Source of the DNA: Octopus bimaculoides
Taxonomy: Eukaryota
Assembly: GCF_001194135.2 (NCBI RefSeq)
Contig: NC_069002.1
Span: forward strand, 37,309,394 to 37,373,393
DNA length: 64,000 bases
Direction of reading: 5' to 3'
The notes beneath the pieces were generated by a model that worked only from the letters and a program-made list of their open reading frames with translations, was not told the DNA's origin and ran no database searches. The translations under genes were made by a program, and so were the position numbers. Below, in pieces: positions 1 to 12,000 of this stretch; the stretch's first letter is position 1; the number at the start of each line of letters is the position of its first letter.

Positions 1-313
1 GTGACCGTTGCCAGTACCGCCTGACTGGCCTTGTAGGGTTTTCGAGCGAGATCGTTGCCAGTGCCCCTGGACTGGCTCTTGTGCGGGTGGCACATAAAAG
101 ACACCATTTCGAGCGTGGCCGTTTTCGTGCGGGTGACACGTAAAAGCACCCACTACACTCTCTGAGTGGTTGGCGTTAGGAAGGGCATCCAGCTGTAGAA
201 ACTCTGCCAAATTAGATTGGAGCCTGGTGTTGCCATCCGGTTTCACCAGTCCTCAGTCAAATCGTCCAACCCATGCTAGCATGGAAAGCGGACGCTAAAC
301 GATGATGATGATG
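1..313 (+). mobile_element. SINE-like retroposon (5' part outside window) ending in a (GAT)n tail
   Basis: Contains the motif GAGTGGTTGGCGTTAGGAAGGGCATCCAGCTG...ACCCATGCTAGCATGGAAAGCGGACG and a (GAT)4 tail; related motifs recur throughout the window (e.g. 20164, ~33280, ~45100, ~51830). Confidence 0.8.
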
Positions 314-959
314 AATTTTATATTTTCAGTATCAATAGACTGGCATATTATAACGAAAGCTAACTCTTTAAAATTATTCGGGAGTGACCTCCCTTAGAAA
401 ATAATATAAACGACATCAAGAGTTATTTCCCCTGCTTATCGTTTATACATATGTAAGAAAGAAAGAAAGAAAGAAAAAAAACATTTTGATTCGCCAATCC
501 AAAATTTAATGATTTCGAGCCACTCACCCAATGAACATTTCTGGAGAATTTGGTGAAACTCAGTCCAGCCATTTTCCAGTAATTTTACAAACACAGAGAC
601 AACAGACAAGGACAAGCGACTACAATATCCTGCTTTCGCTTACGCGCGCAATTTAATAAGCCGTACGTTACGTTCCCCAGACCATCTTTTGCTAAAGAAG
701 ACTGCCGGTGAGTGCAACATGATATCTAAGGTCTAGGTATTTAACCAGTTCTATAATCTATATGGCCGATCTTACCTATCGGTTTCGCGTTAGGGGGTTC
801 AACGGAGTGTTAGGTATTTATTAGGCACACCGCGAGAGTTTCCTTTAGTTGTGCATCCAATGTAAAAAAACTTTTGGTGAAGAGGCTATGGTACCTCTAT
901 TGTCTGTAAAACAATGTAGAAGGGTTTGGGGGAAAAAACCTGTCACTCGACGACTGGTA

Positions 960-1380
960 GCTGATTGGCTGATAACTCGGTTTCACACGCGAACAGGGTT
1001 GAGCGATGTCGTGGCTTGAAGTCCGTAATGCTTGACTTGGGTTCGAGTCTTGCTACAGCAGGATCACAGACCTTGGTCGATTAGGACTAGTATTAAACAA
1101 CAAAAGCACCAACAAGCAAACCGTACTTGATTCAAGTTCCCTAGCAGCAACAACTAAACAACACATCACAATATCTCTACACGAAAATGTTTGTTTAAAA
1201 CACAACAGCAGCAGCAACAGCAGTTTTATTCCACTTAAATTCTAGAGAATTTCAAGCGTTATTTTCAATTAAGCAATCACGTGGTTGTTGCTTTAATTTT
1301 TCTGTGTCCTGTGTAAATGAGCCATGATGTCACAATTCGGCGAGTCACAATATGACGTAGTTTCTAATTGGCTGAGGTAA
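960..1380 (+). promoter_or_regulatory. Putative proximal promoter of the importin retrogene
   Basis: CpG-retaining region upstream of the ATG, with two reverse CCAAT boxes (ATTGGC at ~964 and ~1367) and a TGACGT CRE-like site at ~1353. Motif evidence only. Confidence 0.3.
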
Positions 1381-1651
1381 CTTTTTAACATAGACAAATG
1401 AATAAACTTAGATTTCGTGCCTTGTCTAAAACCAAATATCAGCAGTAGGAAGCCTGCGATCTCCACTTCTGAAGCAAATGTCAAAATATTATACACGAGT
1501 GTAATATACTGGCAATTAATAATCGCTGATATTAACATTGATTGTTGTATGCATGTGTGTGCTTTTTTTTTTCTGAAAGGACCGTAAAAATTACTTAAGA
1601 TCTTCAGTTTCAAATAACTACAAGATAGAAGGAAAAAGAAATATTTGCAAT

Positions 1652-4600
1652 ATGGATATCAATAAACTCGTTGATTTGTTACGAGGAACTCTCGACCCGA
1701 GCCTCCGCGAACAAGCTGAAAGTGAGCTACAACATTTTGATAAACTTAATGGGTTCGCGCCTGCCTTAATGATGACTATTGTCATGTCCGATAATCTAGA
1801 AATAACTGTCAAGCAAGCAGCAGTGTCTTATTTCAAGAACTTGGTGAAAAAATACTGGGATAATAGCGAAATTGAAACTGATTCTGCAACAACGTTGTTT
1901 AGTATCAGTGAAGAAGATCGAGCAGCGGTTCGCCGGCACATCATTGAAGCCATTATACATAGTCCTGATATAATACGCAGCCAGTTAAGTATATCTTTAA
2001 GTACAATCGTAAAACATGACTACCCGAACAGATGGCCAAGTTTCGTTGAGAAAATAGCTTCGTGTATTCTGTCACAAAACCATACGGCGTGGAATGGTGC
2101 TTTGGTAAGTTTGTATCAACTTGTAAAAGTACACGAATCGAAGAAGCCGAAGGATAGGGATATTCTTAACACGGCAATGGGTGTCGAACTGCCTTTAATA
2201 TTCAATTTGTTTGTAAAGATGCTACCCGATCCATCTCCCATGTCTAGCATAATACAGAAACAAATACTAAAGATATTCTATTCATTCGTTCGCAAACATT
2301 TGGCGTTGAAAGTAATTTCAAGAAACGTGTTCAATCAGTGGATGGAAGTCACTTGCCAAGTGATGCAAAATCCTATTCCTGAAGGAGCCCATAATATAGA
2401 GGAAGACAAAAGACCAGATCTTCCTTGGTGGAAAGCCAAAAAATGGGCCGCAAGGATTTTAACCTTTACTTTCCAGAAGTACGGGAGTCCTGGTAAAGTA
2501 AATAGAGAATATAAGCAATTTTCAGAGTGGTATTTGAGAACTTTCCCACGAAATGTTATACCTGTACTGATTAATATTTTAGGCAACAATGATGAAAACA
2601 ATTATATAGCCCCGAGGGTTTTGCGCTTGATTCTAAACTATTTAAACCGTTCTATTAGTTATGCTTCGACTTGGAAATACCTAAAAAATCATACTGACAA
2701 CCTTATTCAAAAAGTAATTTTTCCACTGATGTGGCACAGTGAAAAGGACAATGAGTTATGGAATTCAGATCCACACGAATATATTCGCAGGAAGTTCGAC
2801 TTATCTGATATGTCTACGATAGATGCGGCAGGGCGGTTTTTCCATTCTTTAGCTGGCAAAAGAAGCGGGGTTCTTGAAAAAGCAATGAACTTCTGCATGA
2901 CGATTCTTAACAAAAATGATGTGAGTCCTCAAGAAAAAGATGGTATTATGCATATGCTAGGAACCGTTGCTGATATTCTTGTGGAAAGTGATGTTTATAA
3001 GGAACGCATTGAAGCAGTTCTTGTCACCCACTTGTTTCCAGAGTTTCAAAGCCAACACGGATTTCTAAGGGCGAGGGCTTTCTGGACTCTAGATTTTTTT
3101 AACGGTGCAGTGTTGAAAAATTATAATAACTTATTGCGTGCTATAGAAATGAGCAGGGAGTGTCTCTGCAATGATAGTGAACTGCCTGTTCGTGTAGAGG
3201 CCGCCATGGCTTTGCAAATGCTAGTGACGAAATACGAGAAGGCACGAGAATTTTTGCGTCCTCATATTCGACCAGTAATATTCGAGGTCCTACGAATAAT
3301 TCGTGAAACTGAAAACGATGAGCTTACCAGTGTTTTTCGCCGCCTGATTCGCAAGTATGCAGACGACATACTTCCCGTTGCTCTCGAGATAATTACACAC
3401 CTTGAACAAACTTTTAATCAACTGCTCAGCAGTAATGTTGATACTTCTGAAGACAAAGTAATCATCGGATTAGGTATTCTGTATACTATGGATACAGTTT
3501 TGGATGTTGTAAAAGGCAAAGTTGAAATAATATCGCAATTAGAAAGCAATGTTTTAAATGTAGTCGTTTCAATCTTGCAACAAAATCTTATTGACTTTTA
3601 CGAAGAGGTGTTTTCTTTAATCTACAATCTCACAAAAACCCAAATATCGACGAATATGTGGGAGATATTTAAGATGTTGTACCAGGCCCTTCGAGCCGAA
3701 ACACTAGATTATTTTATTGATATGGCTCCCTGTTTACACAATTACATCACCGTTGACACAACAGCCTTTTTAGCTCAACCTGAATACTTGGAAGCTATCT
3801 ACAATATGTGCAAGTTAGTTTTAACTTCTGAAAAGATAGGTGAAGATTCTGAGTGCCATGCTGCCAAACTCATTGAAGTCGTTTTGTTGCAGTACAAAGG
3901 TCAAATTGATCATGTGGTTCCTTCTCTCATAGAACTTGCCGTGAAGAGACTAGCACGAAATATCGAAACGTTAGAATTGAGAGCAATGTGTTTGTTGATA
4001 TGTGTAGCAGGCTTATGTTACAACCCAGCGCTTCTGTTCAGTACATTGCAAGACGTACAGCTACCGAATCTATCTGGTCCAATAATACCCCAGTTCTTGA
4101 CGACATGGTTGAACAACATTAATACTTTCCACGGGGTTCATGACCGCAAACTAAACATTTTGGGCTTGTGCACTCTAATTAACACACCTCTCAGAAGGCC
4201 CAAAGAAATTACAGAGTTGGGAGGGAAATTTTTACCGTCCATTCTCACCCTCTTCAAGGGTTTAAAACGATCGTATATTTTAAAGGCACAAGAAGTAGAA
4301 TTGGACGAAGATAATGACCACGACAGTGCACGGGATGAGCTAGACATTCTTGATAGCGATGAAGATGAGATATTTGATAGCGACGATGAACATCCTGTTG
4401 ACGATGACGATGACGGCGATAACGCTTACGATGATTTTTCTGACGATGAAGAAGACATCGATAAGGCGCTGGAAAATTACCCGACACTCATTGACAACGA
4501 AGTTTACAACATTGACGAATATATTATATTCAAAGACTGCATGGAAATTGTCATGACACAAGATTCTAACTGGCACCACCTATTGACGTCGGTTCTAAAT

Positions 4601-4753
4601 GCTGACCAGAGGAAAAGTTTAGAAGAAGTTTTTCATACCACAGAACAGAGAAAAATTGCTGCCGAATCGAAGAAAATTAAGCAGGACAGCGGTTATGCTT
4701 TTTCGAATTCCAATGTACCGTTAACATTCAATTTTGGTTCAAAGGGTCTCTAA
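1652..4753 (+). CDS. IPO7: Importin-7/8 family nuclear import receptor; single-exon, probable retrogene
   Basis: Uninterrupted 1033-aa ORF, collinear with recalled IPO7: LRGTLDPSLRE, KHDYPNRW, LPWWKAKKWA, YGSPGKV, IRETENDELT, GEDSECHAAKLIEV, HDRK, acidic loop, C-terminal VPLTFNFG. Confidence 0.95.
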   Translation: MDINKLVDLLRGTLDPSLREQAESELQHFDKLNGFAPALMMTIVMSDNLEITVKQAAVSYFKNLVKKYWDNSEIETDSATTLFSISEEDRAAVRRHIIEAIIHSPDIIRSQLSISLSTIVKHDYPNRWPSFVEKIASCILSQNHTAWNGALVSLYQLVKVHESKKPKDRDILNTAMGVELPLIFNLFVKMLPDPSPMSSIIQKQILKIFYSFVRKHLALKVISRNVFNQWMEVTCQVMQNPIPEGAHNIEEDKRPDLPWWKAKKWAARILTFTFQKYGSPGKVNREYKQFSEWYLRTFPRNVIPVLINILGNNDENNYIAPRVLRLILNYLNRSISYASTWKYLKNHTDNLIQKVIFPLMWHSEKDNELWNSDPHEYIRRKFDLSDMSTIDAAGRFFHSLAGKRSGVLEKAMNFCMTILNKNDVSPQEKDGIMHMLGTVADILVESDVYKERIEAVLVTHLFPEFQSQHGFLRARAFWTLDFFNGAVLKNYNNLLRAIEMSRECLCNDSELPVRVEAAMALQMLVTKYEKAREFLRPHIRPVIFEVLRIIRETENDELTSVFRRLIRKYADDILPVALEIITHLEQTFNQLLSSNVDTSEDKVIIGLGILYTMDTVLDVVKGKVEIISQLESNVLNVVVSILQQNLIDFYEEVFSLIYNLTKTQISTNMWEIFKMLYQALRAETLDYFIDMAPCLHNYITVDTTAFLAQPEYLEAIYNMCKLVLTSEKIGEDSECHAAKLIEVVLLQYKGQIDHVVPSLIELAVKRLARNIETLELRAMCLLICVAGLCYNPALLFSTLQDVQLPNLSGPIIPQFLTTWLNNINTFHGVHDRKLNILGLCTLINTPLRRPKEITELGGKFLPSILTLFKGLKRSYILKAQEVELDEDNDHDSARDELDILDSDEDEIFDSDDEHPVDDDDDGDNAYDDFSDDEEDIDKALENYPTLIDNEVYNIDEYIIFKDCMEIVMTQDSNWHHLLTSVLNADQRKSLEEVFHTTEQRKIAAESKKIKQDSGYAFSNSNVPLTFNFGSKGL

Positions 4754-4767
4754 ATATTTCAGTGTCA

Positions 4768-4773
4768 AATAAA
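4768..4773 (+). terminator. Candidate polyadenylation signal AATAAA of the importin gene (second one at 4870-4875)
   Basis: AATAAA about 15 nt after the stop codon. Confidence 0.45.
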
Positions 4774-5253
4774 TGTGCTGAAAACAAATATTAGTTTATT
4801 TCTGGCCAGGAACAGAGGTCACGTGCGGCGTTCATACCTTTATCAAACGAAATTAGCAACTTCATTTGCAATAAAAATATCGTAACTGATGAAAGGAAGC
4901 CTCTATGCGGCCACCTGACTTACTAAAGAGGGCAACAAAATCTCCGCAAAATGAAAAGCCAATCATCTTTTAAAGGGAAGGCCGCATGGTATATCTAAAA
5001 CTACTTTATCCTGTGTCTGAAATTAAGAGGAGGATGATCATGGTTGGAATGCCTTTCATCATATATCTGCTCAATCATGGTTGGCATGGGGTTAAAAAAG
5101 GCAACTATCGATCTAGGTGGAACGGAAATACAAAATCAATCACAGTGGCATTTGAATTGAACTGATATACGTACATACATAGTACATATATGCAAACATA
5201 TATAAGGCATATACACACACATGCGTATTATATATATAGGCATGTATGTATAA

Positions 5254-5255
<2 letters not shown>

Positions 5256-5302
<47 letters not shown>

Positions 5303-5312
5303 NNNNNNNNNN

Positions 5313-5345
<33 letters not shown>

Positions 5346-5525
5346 TGATACAGCAGCAAGTTCCCTGCAAATACAATTATCTAACATTTATGTTTTTCAC
5401 ATATTAGACACTTAATGGTAGATTCGTTTTAACGATTGAGAAACTCCTCAATCAAAATCCTGTCTGCTATTCTTATGATGTAGATAGAAACGTATACATA
5501 CATACGTATGTATGTATGCGTTTGT

Positions 5526-5618
<93 letters not shown>
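5256..5618. repeat. Two (TG)n microsatellites (5256-5342 with a 10-N gap; ~5522-5618)
   Basis: Seen directly. Confidence 0.95.
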
Positions 5619-5622
<4 letters not shown>

Positions 5623-5954
5623 CTAATCAAGCAATAAATGAAATGGCACTCAATATGTTTCAGTAGAGAATAAAATGTATTTTTACAATGAAAAGTTTGA
5701 TAGTGACTTCAAAGTTCAGCTGGTGACAGGCTTCGTCAGAACGCTATTTCTGTAGTCTCAAAATACCCGTTATACCCGTATACTAGGATTTATTTAATAA
5801 GTAGAGTATAATCAGAGAGCCATTTAGACGCGGTTTATTATGTAATAATACTGGGGAGTATTGAATAACTGGACTGAGACCTCTGAATCATTTTTAATTG
5901 GAACTAAATTATTTGAGGGGACGACGAAGAAAAGAAATATGTATGTATATATGC

Positions 5955-6154
5955 TTGTGTTTGTTTCAGTCATTTGACTGCGGCCATGCTGGGGCACTGA
6001 CTTCAGTCGAACAAATCGACCCCAGGACTTATTCGCTGTAAGCCTAGTACTTATTCTATCGGCTTCTTTAGCCGAACCGCTATTGTTACGAGGACGTAAA
6101 CACACCAGCATCGGTTGTCAAGCGATGGGAGGAGGGGACAAACACAGACAGACA

Positions 6155-6192
<38 letters not shown>
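5955..6192 (+). mobile_element. SINE-like repeat with CA-rich tail, CpG-intact copy
   Basis: TTTCAGTCATTTGACTGCGGCCATGCTGGGGCAC...GTAAACACACCAGCATCGGTTGTCAAGCG; homologous copies at ~31520-31690 (+) and ~45600-45830 (-). Confidence 0.75.
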
Positions 6193-6542
6193 NNNNNNNN
6201 NNNNNNNNNNNNNNNNNNNNNNNNNNNNNNNNNNNNNNNNNNNNNNNNNNNNNNNNNNNNNNNNNNNNNNNNNNNNNNNNNNNNNNNNNNNNNNNNNNNN
6301 NNNNNNNNNNNNNNNNNNNNNNNNNNNNNNNNNNNNNNNNNNNNNNNNNNNNNNNNNNNNNNNNNNNNNNNNNNNNNNNNNNNNNNNNNNNNNNNNNNNN
6401 NNNNNNNNNNNNNNNNNNNNNNNNNNNNNNNNNNNNNNNNNNNNNNNNNNNNNNNNNNNNNNNNNNNNNNNNNNNNNNNNNNNNNNNNNNNNNNNNNNNN
6501 NNNNNNNNNNNNNNNNNNNNNNNNNNNNNNTATATATATATA

Positions 6543-6982
6543 TATCTGTAAAAATATGTGACACTTATTCAGTAGCCATGATAAAACTCCGAGTTAATGT
6601 GTTTTTTGTATTTTTCCACATATAGTTTTCTGTTTTCTCCCCTCCAAACTTTTTTCCCTACGCTTAGAGACTCGTACAAGGAACTTTAAATGTGCGCGTG
6701 GATGCGTGCGTATGTAGATATATGCGTACGTATATTGAGATATGTGCGTGCGTGTATGGATATATGCGTGCATGCGATAATATACGCAGTTTTAGACGCG
6801 TTTTGTCACTACACAGTAATTTCCCTTTGTTTATTTCCCTTTGTTTTTTACGGTCATTTTTCACAGGAATTTTCAAATGGCCGGATAACTGGAGAGATGT
6901 TGGCGTGGACACCCCACCCTGGCATCCGAAACTCGGAGTTTTATCATGGCTACTGAATAAGTGTCACATATTTTTACAGATA
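6543..6982. repeat. Perfect 53-bp inverted repeat (6543-6595 vs 6930-6982), ~335-bp spacer
   Basis: TATCTGTAAAAATATGTGACACTTATTCAGTAGCCATGATAAAACTCCGAGTT and its exact reverse complement; the left arm lies just after an N gap. Confidence 0.85.
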
Positions 6983-7695
6983 AATTCCTCTATTTGCATA
7001 ATATCGGGGTCTCTTTCTTTCTTTTGTTGCCGTTCCTGTCAAATATATATATATAGATATGAATAATACATAGTCTATTGACTGTTTTTTTACTCTCGCT
7101 AGACCACTGGTGGTAAATAAAATTTCTAAAATTTTCTTTGCTACCCTATAATTTATTAATAATGATAAAATTCTTTTTGGATGATTTTCTGAAGGAATTT
7201 CGGCATTNNNNNNNNNNNNNNNNNNNNNNNNNNNNNNNNNNNNNNNNNNNNNNNNNNNNNNNNNNNNNNNNNNNNNNNNNNNNNNNNNNNNNNNNNNNNN
7301 NNNNNNNNNNNNNNNNNNNNNNNNNNNNNNNNNNNNNNNNNNNNNNNNNNNNNNNNNNNNNNNNNNNNNNNNNNNNNNNNNNNNNNNNNNNNNNNNNNNN
7401 NNNNNNNNNNNNNNNNNNNNNNNNNNNNNNNNNNNNNNNNNNNNNNNNNNNNNNNNNNNNNNNNNNNNNNNNNNNNNNNNNNNNNNNNNNNNNNNNNNNN
7501 NNNNNNNNNNNNNNNNNNNNNNNNNNNNNNNNNNNNNNNNNNNNNNNNTATGAATAATACATAGTCTATTGACTGTTTTTTTACTCTCGCTAGACCACTG
7601 GTGGTAAATAAAATTTCTAAAATTTTCTTTGCTACCCTATAATTTATTAATAATGATATATAGATAGATAGATAGATATAGATGTACATCTGTAT

Positions 7696-7750
<55 letters not shown>

Positions 7751-8421
7751 TAAGGTTTATTGAAACCATATTGAATCTTTATCTCACGATTTGAGTTTCA
7801 CACCACTGCCATATTTAGAAGAGTAAGTTCATCTGAAGATCGCAGTTTCATGCGACTCAAATTACAAGGAAAACATTTAGCTTCAATAAATCACATACAC
7901 TATAACACAATTCACTTTGTGTGTGTGTGTGTATGTGTGTGTGCGTGCGTGCGTGTGTGTTACACTAACATAAGTACATGTACATAGGATAATCAAATAC
8001 AACACAAAACGTTCGATAATGAATTCCTCCCCACTTTCTTGTGCCACCAGGTCAACAAATGATCCATGGAGACTTCTTTGACAAATGCTATATCCTTGTC
8101 ATGAAATTTTCTTAACAGTCTAATGCTTTAATAAGGCTACCAGTCCACTGCCTTAAATTGATGATTCGTATTATCAGCATTCCTAAGAATCAAAGGTAAA
8201 TGTAATCTCAACAGCATTTAAATACTGAACGAAACAAATTCTATTGTCTTCTGCTCAATGATTCGGCCTATTTTTTGGTGGGATGTACTCGGGGATGTAT
8301 GCTGCAGGTAAATAGAGTGGACAATAAATACAAAATGCAGTTAAGTTAAAATATACTTTCACACAACAAAGTAATTATGTGGCCAAAAAAGCATTTCCTA
8401 CAGACTCAACGGGGGAATCAT

Positions 8422-9096
8422 TTATATAGCTAAAGGAAAGATCGTTTGTACAGCTAAAGGAAAGATCATTTGTATAGCTAAAGGAAAGATCGTTTGCATA
8501 GCTAAAGGGGAGATCGTTTGTACAGCTAAAGGAAAGATCGTTTGAATAGGCAAAGGAAAGATCGTTTGTATAGCTAAAGAAAAGATCGTTTGTACAGCTG
8601 AAGAGGAGATCGTTTGCATAGCTAAAGGGAAGATCGTTTGTACAGCTAAAGGAAAGATCGTTTGTATAGCTAAAGGAAAGAACGTTTGTACAGCTAAAGG
8701 AAAGATCGTTTGTATAGCTGAAGTAAGATCGTTTGTACAGCTAAAGGGGAGATCGTTTGTATAGCTGAAGGGAAGTTCGTTTGTATAGCTAAAGGAAAGA
8801 TCGTTTGTATAGCTAAAGGAAAGATCGTTTGTATAGCTAAACGCGAGATCGTTTGTATAGCTGAATTAAGGTCGTTTGTATAGCTAAAGGAAAGATCGTT
8901 TGTATAGCTGAAGTAAGATCGTTTGTACAGCTAAAGGAAAGATCGTTTGTACAGCTAAAGGAAAGATCGTTTGTATAGCTAAAGAAGAGATCGTTTGTAT
9001 AGCTGAAGTAAGATCGTTTGTATAGTCAAAGGAAAGATCGTTTGTATACCGAAAGGAAAGATAGTTTCTATAGCCAAAGGATAGATCGTTTGTATA
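8422..9096 (-). repeat. 24-bp minisatellite, inverted left arm (~28 units)
   Basis: Units read AAAGGAAAGATCGTTTGTATAGCT on +, the reverse complement of the main array. Confidence 0.95.
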
Positions 9097-9098
9097 GA

Positions 9099-12000
9099 TA
9101 TACAAGCGATCTTACTTCAGCTATACAAACGCACTCTTCATTAGCTATACAAACGATCTTTCCTTTAGCTATATAAACGATCTTTCCTTTGGCTATACAA
9201 ACGTTCTGTCCTATAGCTATACAAACGATCTTACTACAGCTATACAAACGATTTCTCCTTAGCTATACAAACGATCTTTCCTTTAGCTATACAAACGACC
9301 TTACTTCAGCTATACAAACGATCTCGCCTTTAGCTATACAAACGATCTTTCCTTTAGCTATACAAACGATCTTCCCTTCAGCTATACAAGCTATCTTCCC
9401 TTCAGCTATACAAACGATCATTCCTTTAGCTATACAAACGATCTTCCCTTCAGCTATACAAACGAACTTCCGTTTAGCTATACAAACGATCTTTCCTTTA
9501 GCTATACAAACGATCATTCCTTTAGCTATACAAACGATCTTTCCTTTAGCTATACAAACGAACTTCCGTTTAGCTATACAAACGATCTTTCCTTTAGATA
9601 TACAAACGATCTTTCCTTCAGCTATACAAACGATCTTTCCTTTAGTTATACAAACTATCTTTCCTTTAGCTATACAAACGATCTCCCCTTTAGCTGTACA
9701 AACGATCTTACTTCAGCTATACAAACGATCTTTCCTTTAGCTGTACAAACGATCTTCCCTTTAGCTATGCAAACGATCTCCTCTTCAGCTGTACAAACGA
9801 TCTTTTCTTTAGCTATACAAACGATCTTCCCTTTAGCTATGCAAACGATCTCCCCTTTAGCTGTACAAACGATATTTCCANNNNNNNNNNNNNNNNNNNN
9901 NNNNNNNNNNNNNNNNNNNNNNNNNNNNNNNNNNNNNNNNNNNNNNNNNNNNNNNNNNNNNNNNNNNNNNNNNNNNNNNNNNNNNNNNNNNNNNNNNNNN
10001 NNNNNNNNNNNNNNNNNNNNNNNNNNNNNNNNNNNNNNNNNNNNNNNNNNNNNNNNNNNNNNNNNNNNNNNNNNNNNNNNNNNNNNNNNNNNNNNNNNNN
10101 NNNNNNNNNNNNNNNNNNNNNNNNNNNNNNNNNNNNNNNNNNNNNNNNNNNNNNNNNNNNNNNNNNNNNNNNNNNNNNNNNNNNNNNNNNNNNNNNNNNN
10201 NNNNNNNNNNNNNNNNNNNNNNNNNNNNNNNNNNNNNNNNNNNNNNNNNNNNNNNNNNNNNNNNNNNNNNNNNNNNNNNNNNNNNNNNNNNNNNNNNNNN
10301 NNNNNNNNNNNNNNNNNNNNNNNNNNNNNNNNNNNNNNNNNNNNNNNNNNNNNNNNNNNNNNNNNNNNNNNNNNNNNNNNNNNNNNNNNNNNNNNNNNNN
10401 NNNNNNNNNNNNNNNNNNNNNNNNNNNNNNNNNNNNNNNNNNNNNNNNNNNNNNNNNNNNNNNNNNNNNNNNNNNNNNNNNNNNNNNNNNNNNNNNNNNN
10501 NNNNNNNNNNNNNNNNNNNNNNNNNNNNNNNNNNNNNNNNNNNNNNNNNNNNNNNNNNNNNNNNNNNNNNNNNNNNNNNNNNNNNNNNNNNNNNNNNNNN
10601 NNNNNNNNNNNNNNNNNNNNNNNNNNNNNNNNNNNNNNNNNNNNNNNNNNNNNNNNNNNNNNNNNNNNTTGGCTATAGAAACGACCTTTCAGTTAGCTAT
10701 ACAAACGATCTTTCCTTGAGCTATACAAACGTTCTTTCCTTTGGCTATACAAATGATCTTTCCTGTGGCTATACAAACGATCTTTCATTTAGCTATACAA
10801 ACGATCATTACTTTGGCTATACAAACGATCTTTCCTCTCGCTATACAAACGATCTTTCCTTTGGCTATACAAACGATCTTTCCTTTAGCTATACAAACGA
10901 TCTTTCCTTTAGCTATACAGACGATCTTTTCTGTAGCTATACAAACGATCTTTCCTTTGGCTTTACAAACGATCTTCCCTTTAGCTATACGAACGATCTT
11001 TCCTTTGGCTATACAAACTATCTGCAATTTCGCTATGCAAACAATCTTTCGGTTACCTATTCAAACAATCTTTCGTTTGGCTATGCAAACGATATTTCCT
11101 TTAGCTATACAAACGATCTTTCGTTTACCTATTCAAACGATATTTCCTTTAGCTATACAAACGATCTTCCCTTTATCTATATAAACAAGCTTTCCTTTGG
11201 CTATACAAACGATTTTTCCTTTAGCTATACAAACGAGCTTTCCTTTGGCTATACAAACGATCTTTCCTTTGGCTATAGAAACGATCTGTCCTTTGGCTAT
11301 ACAAACGATTTTTCCTTTAGCTATACAAATGATCTTTCCTTTGCCAATACAAAAGATCTGTCCTTTGGCTATACAAACGATCTTTCCTTTAGCTATACAA
11401 ACAAACTTTCCTTTGGCTATACAAACGATATTTCCTGTGGCGGTACAAACGATCTTTCATTTAGCTATACAAACGATTTTTCCATTGGCTATACAAACGA
11501 TCTTTCCTGTGGCGGTACAAACGATCTTTCATTTAGCTATACAAACGATCTTCCCTTTAGCTATACAAACGATCTTTCATTTAGCTATACAAACGATCTT
11601 CCCTTTAGCTATACAAACGATCTTCCCTTTAGCTATACAAACGATCCTTCCTTTAGCTATACAAACGATCTTTCCTTTGGCTATACAAACGATCATTCCT
11701 GTGGCTATACAAACGATCTTTCATTTAGCTATACAAACGATCATTACTTTGGTTATACAAACGATCTTTCCTCTCGCTATACAAACGATCTTTCCTTTGG
11801 CAATACAAACGATCTTTCCTTTAGCTATACAAACGATCTTTCTTTTGGCTATACAAACGATCTTTCCTTTAGCTATACAAACGATCTTTCCTTTAGCTAT
11901 ACAGATGATCTTTTCTGTAGCTATACAAACGATCTTTGCTTTGGCTATACAAACGATCTTTCCTTTGGTTATACNNNNNNNNNNNNNNNNNNNNNNNNNN

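Noticed and set aside
1005-1070. GGGTTCGAGTC B-box / tRNA-like stretch
   Set aside because: No convincing cloverleaf or A-box; at most a decayed SINE head.
7058-7658. Identical 110-bp direct duplication (7058-7167 and 7549-7658)
   Set aside because: The copies flank an N gap, typical of unmerged overlapping contig ends; probably an assembly artefact.
5136-7743. ORFs with HTHT/CVCV/YIYI or X runs (also 9767-13303, 48490-48844 and similar)
   Set aside because: Translations of microsatellites or read-through of N gaps.
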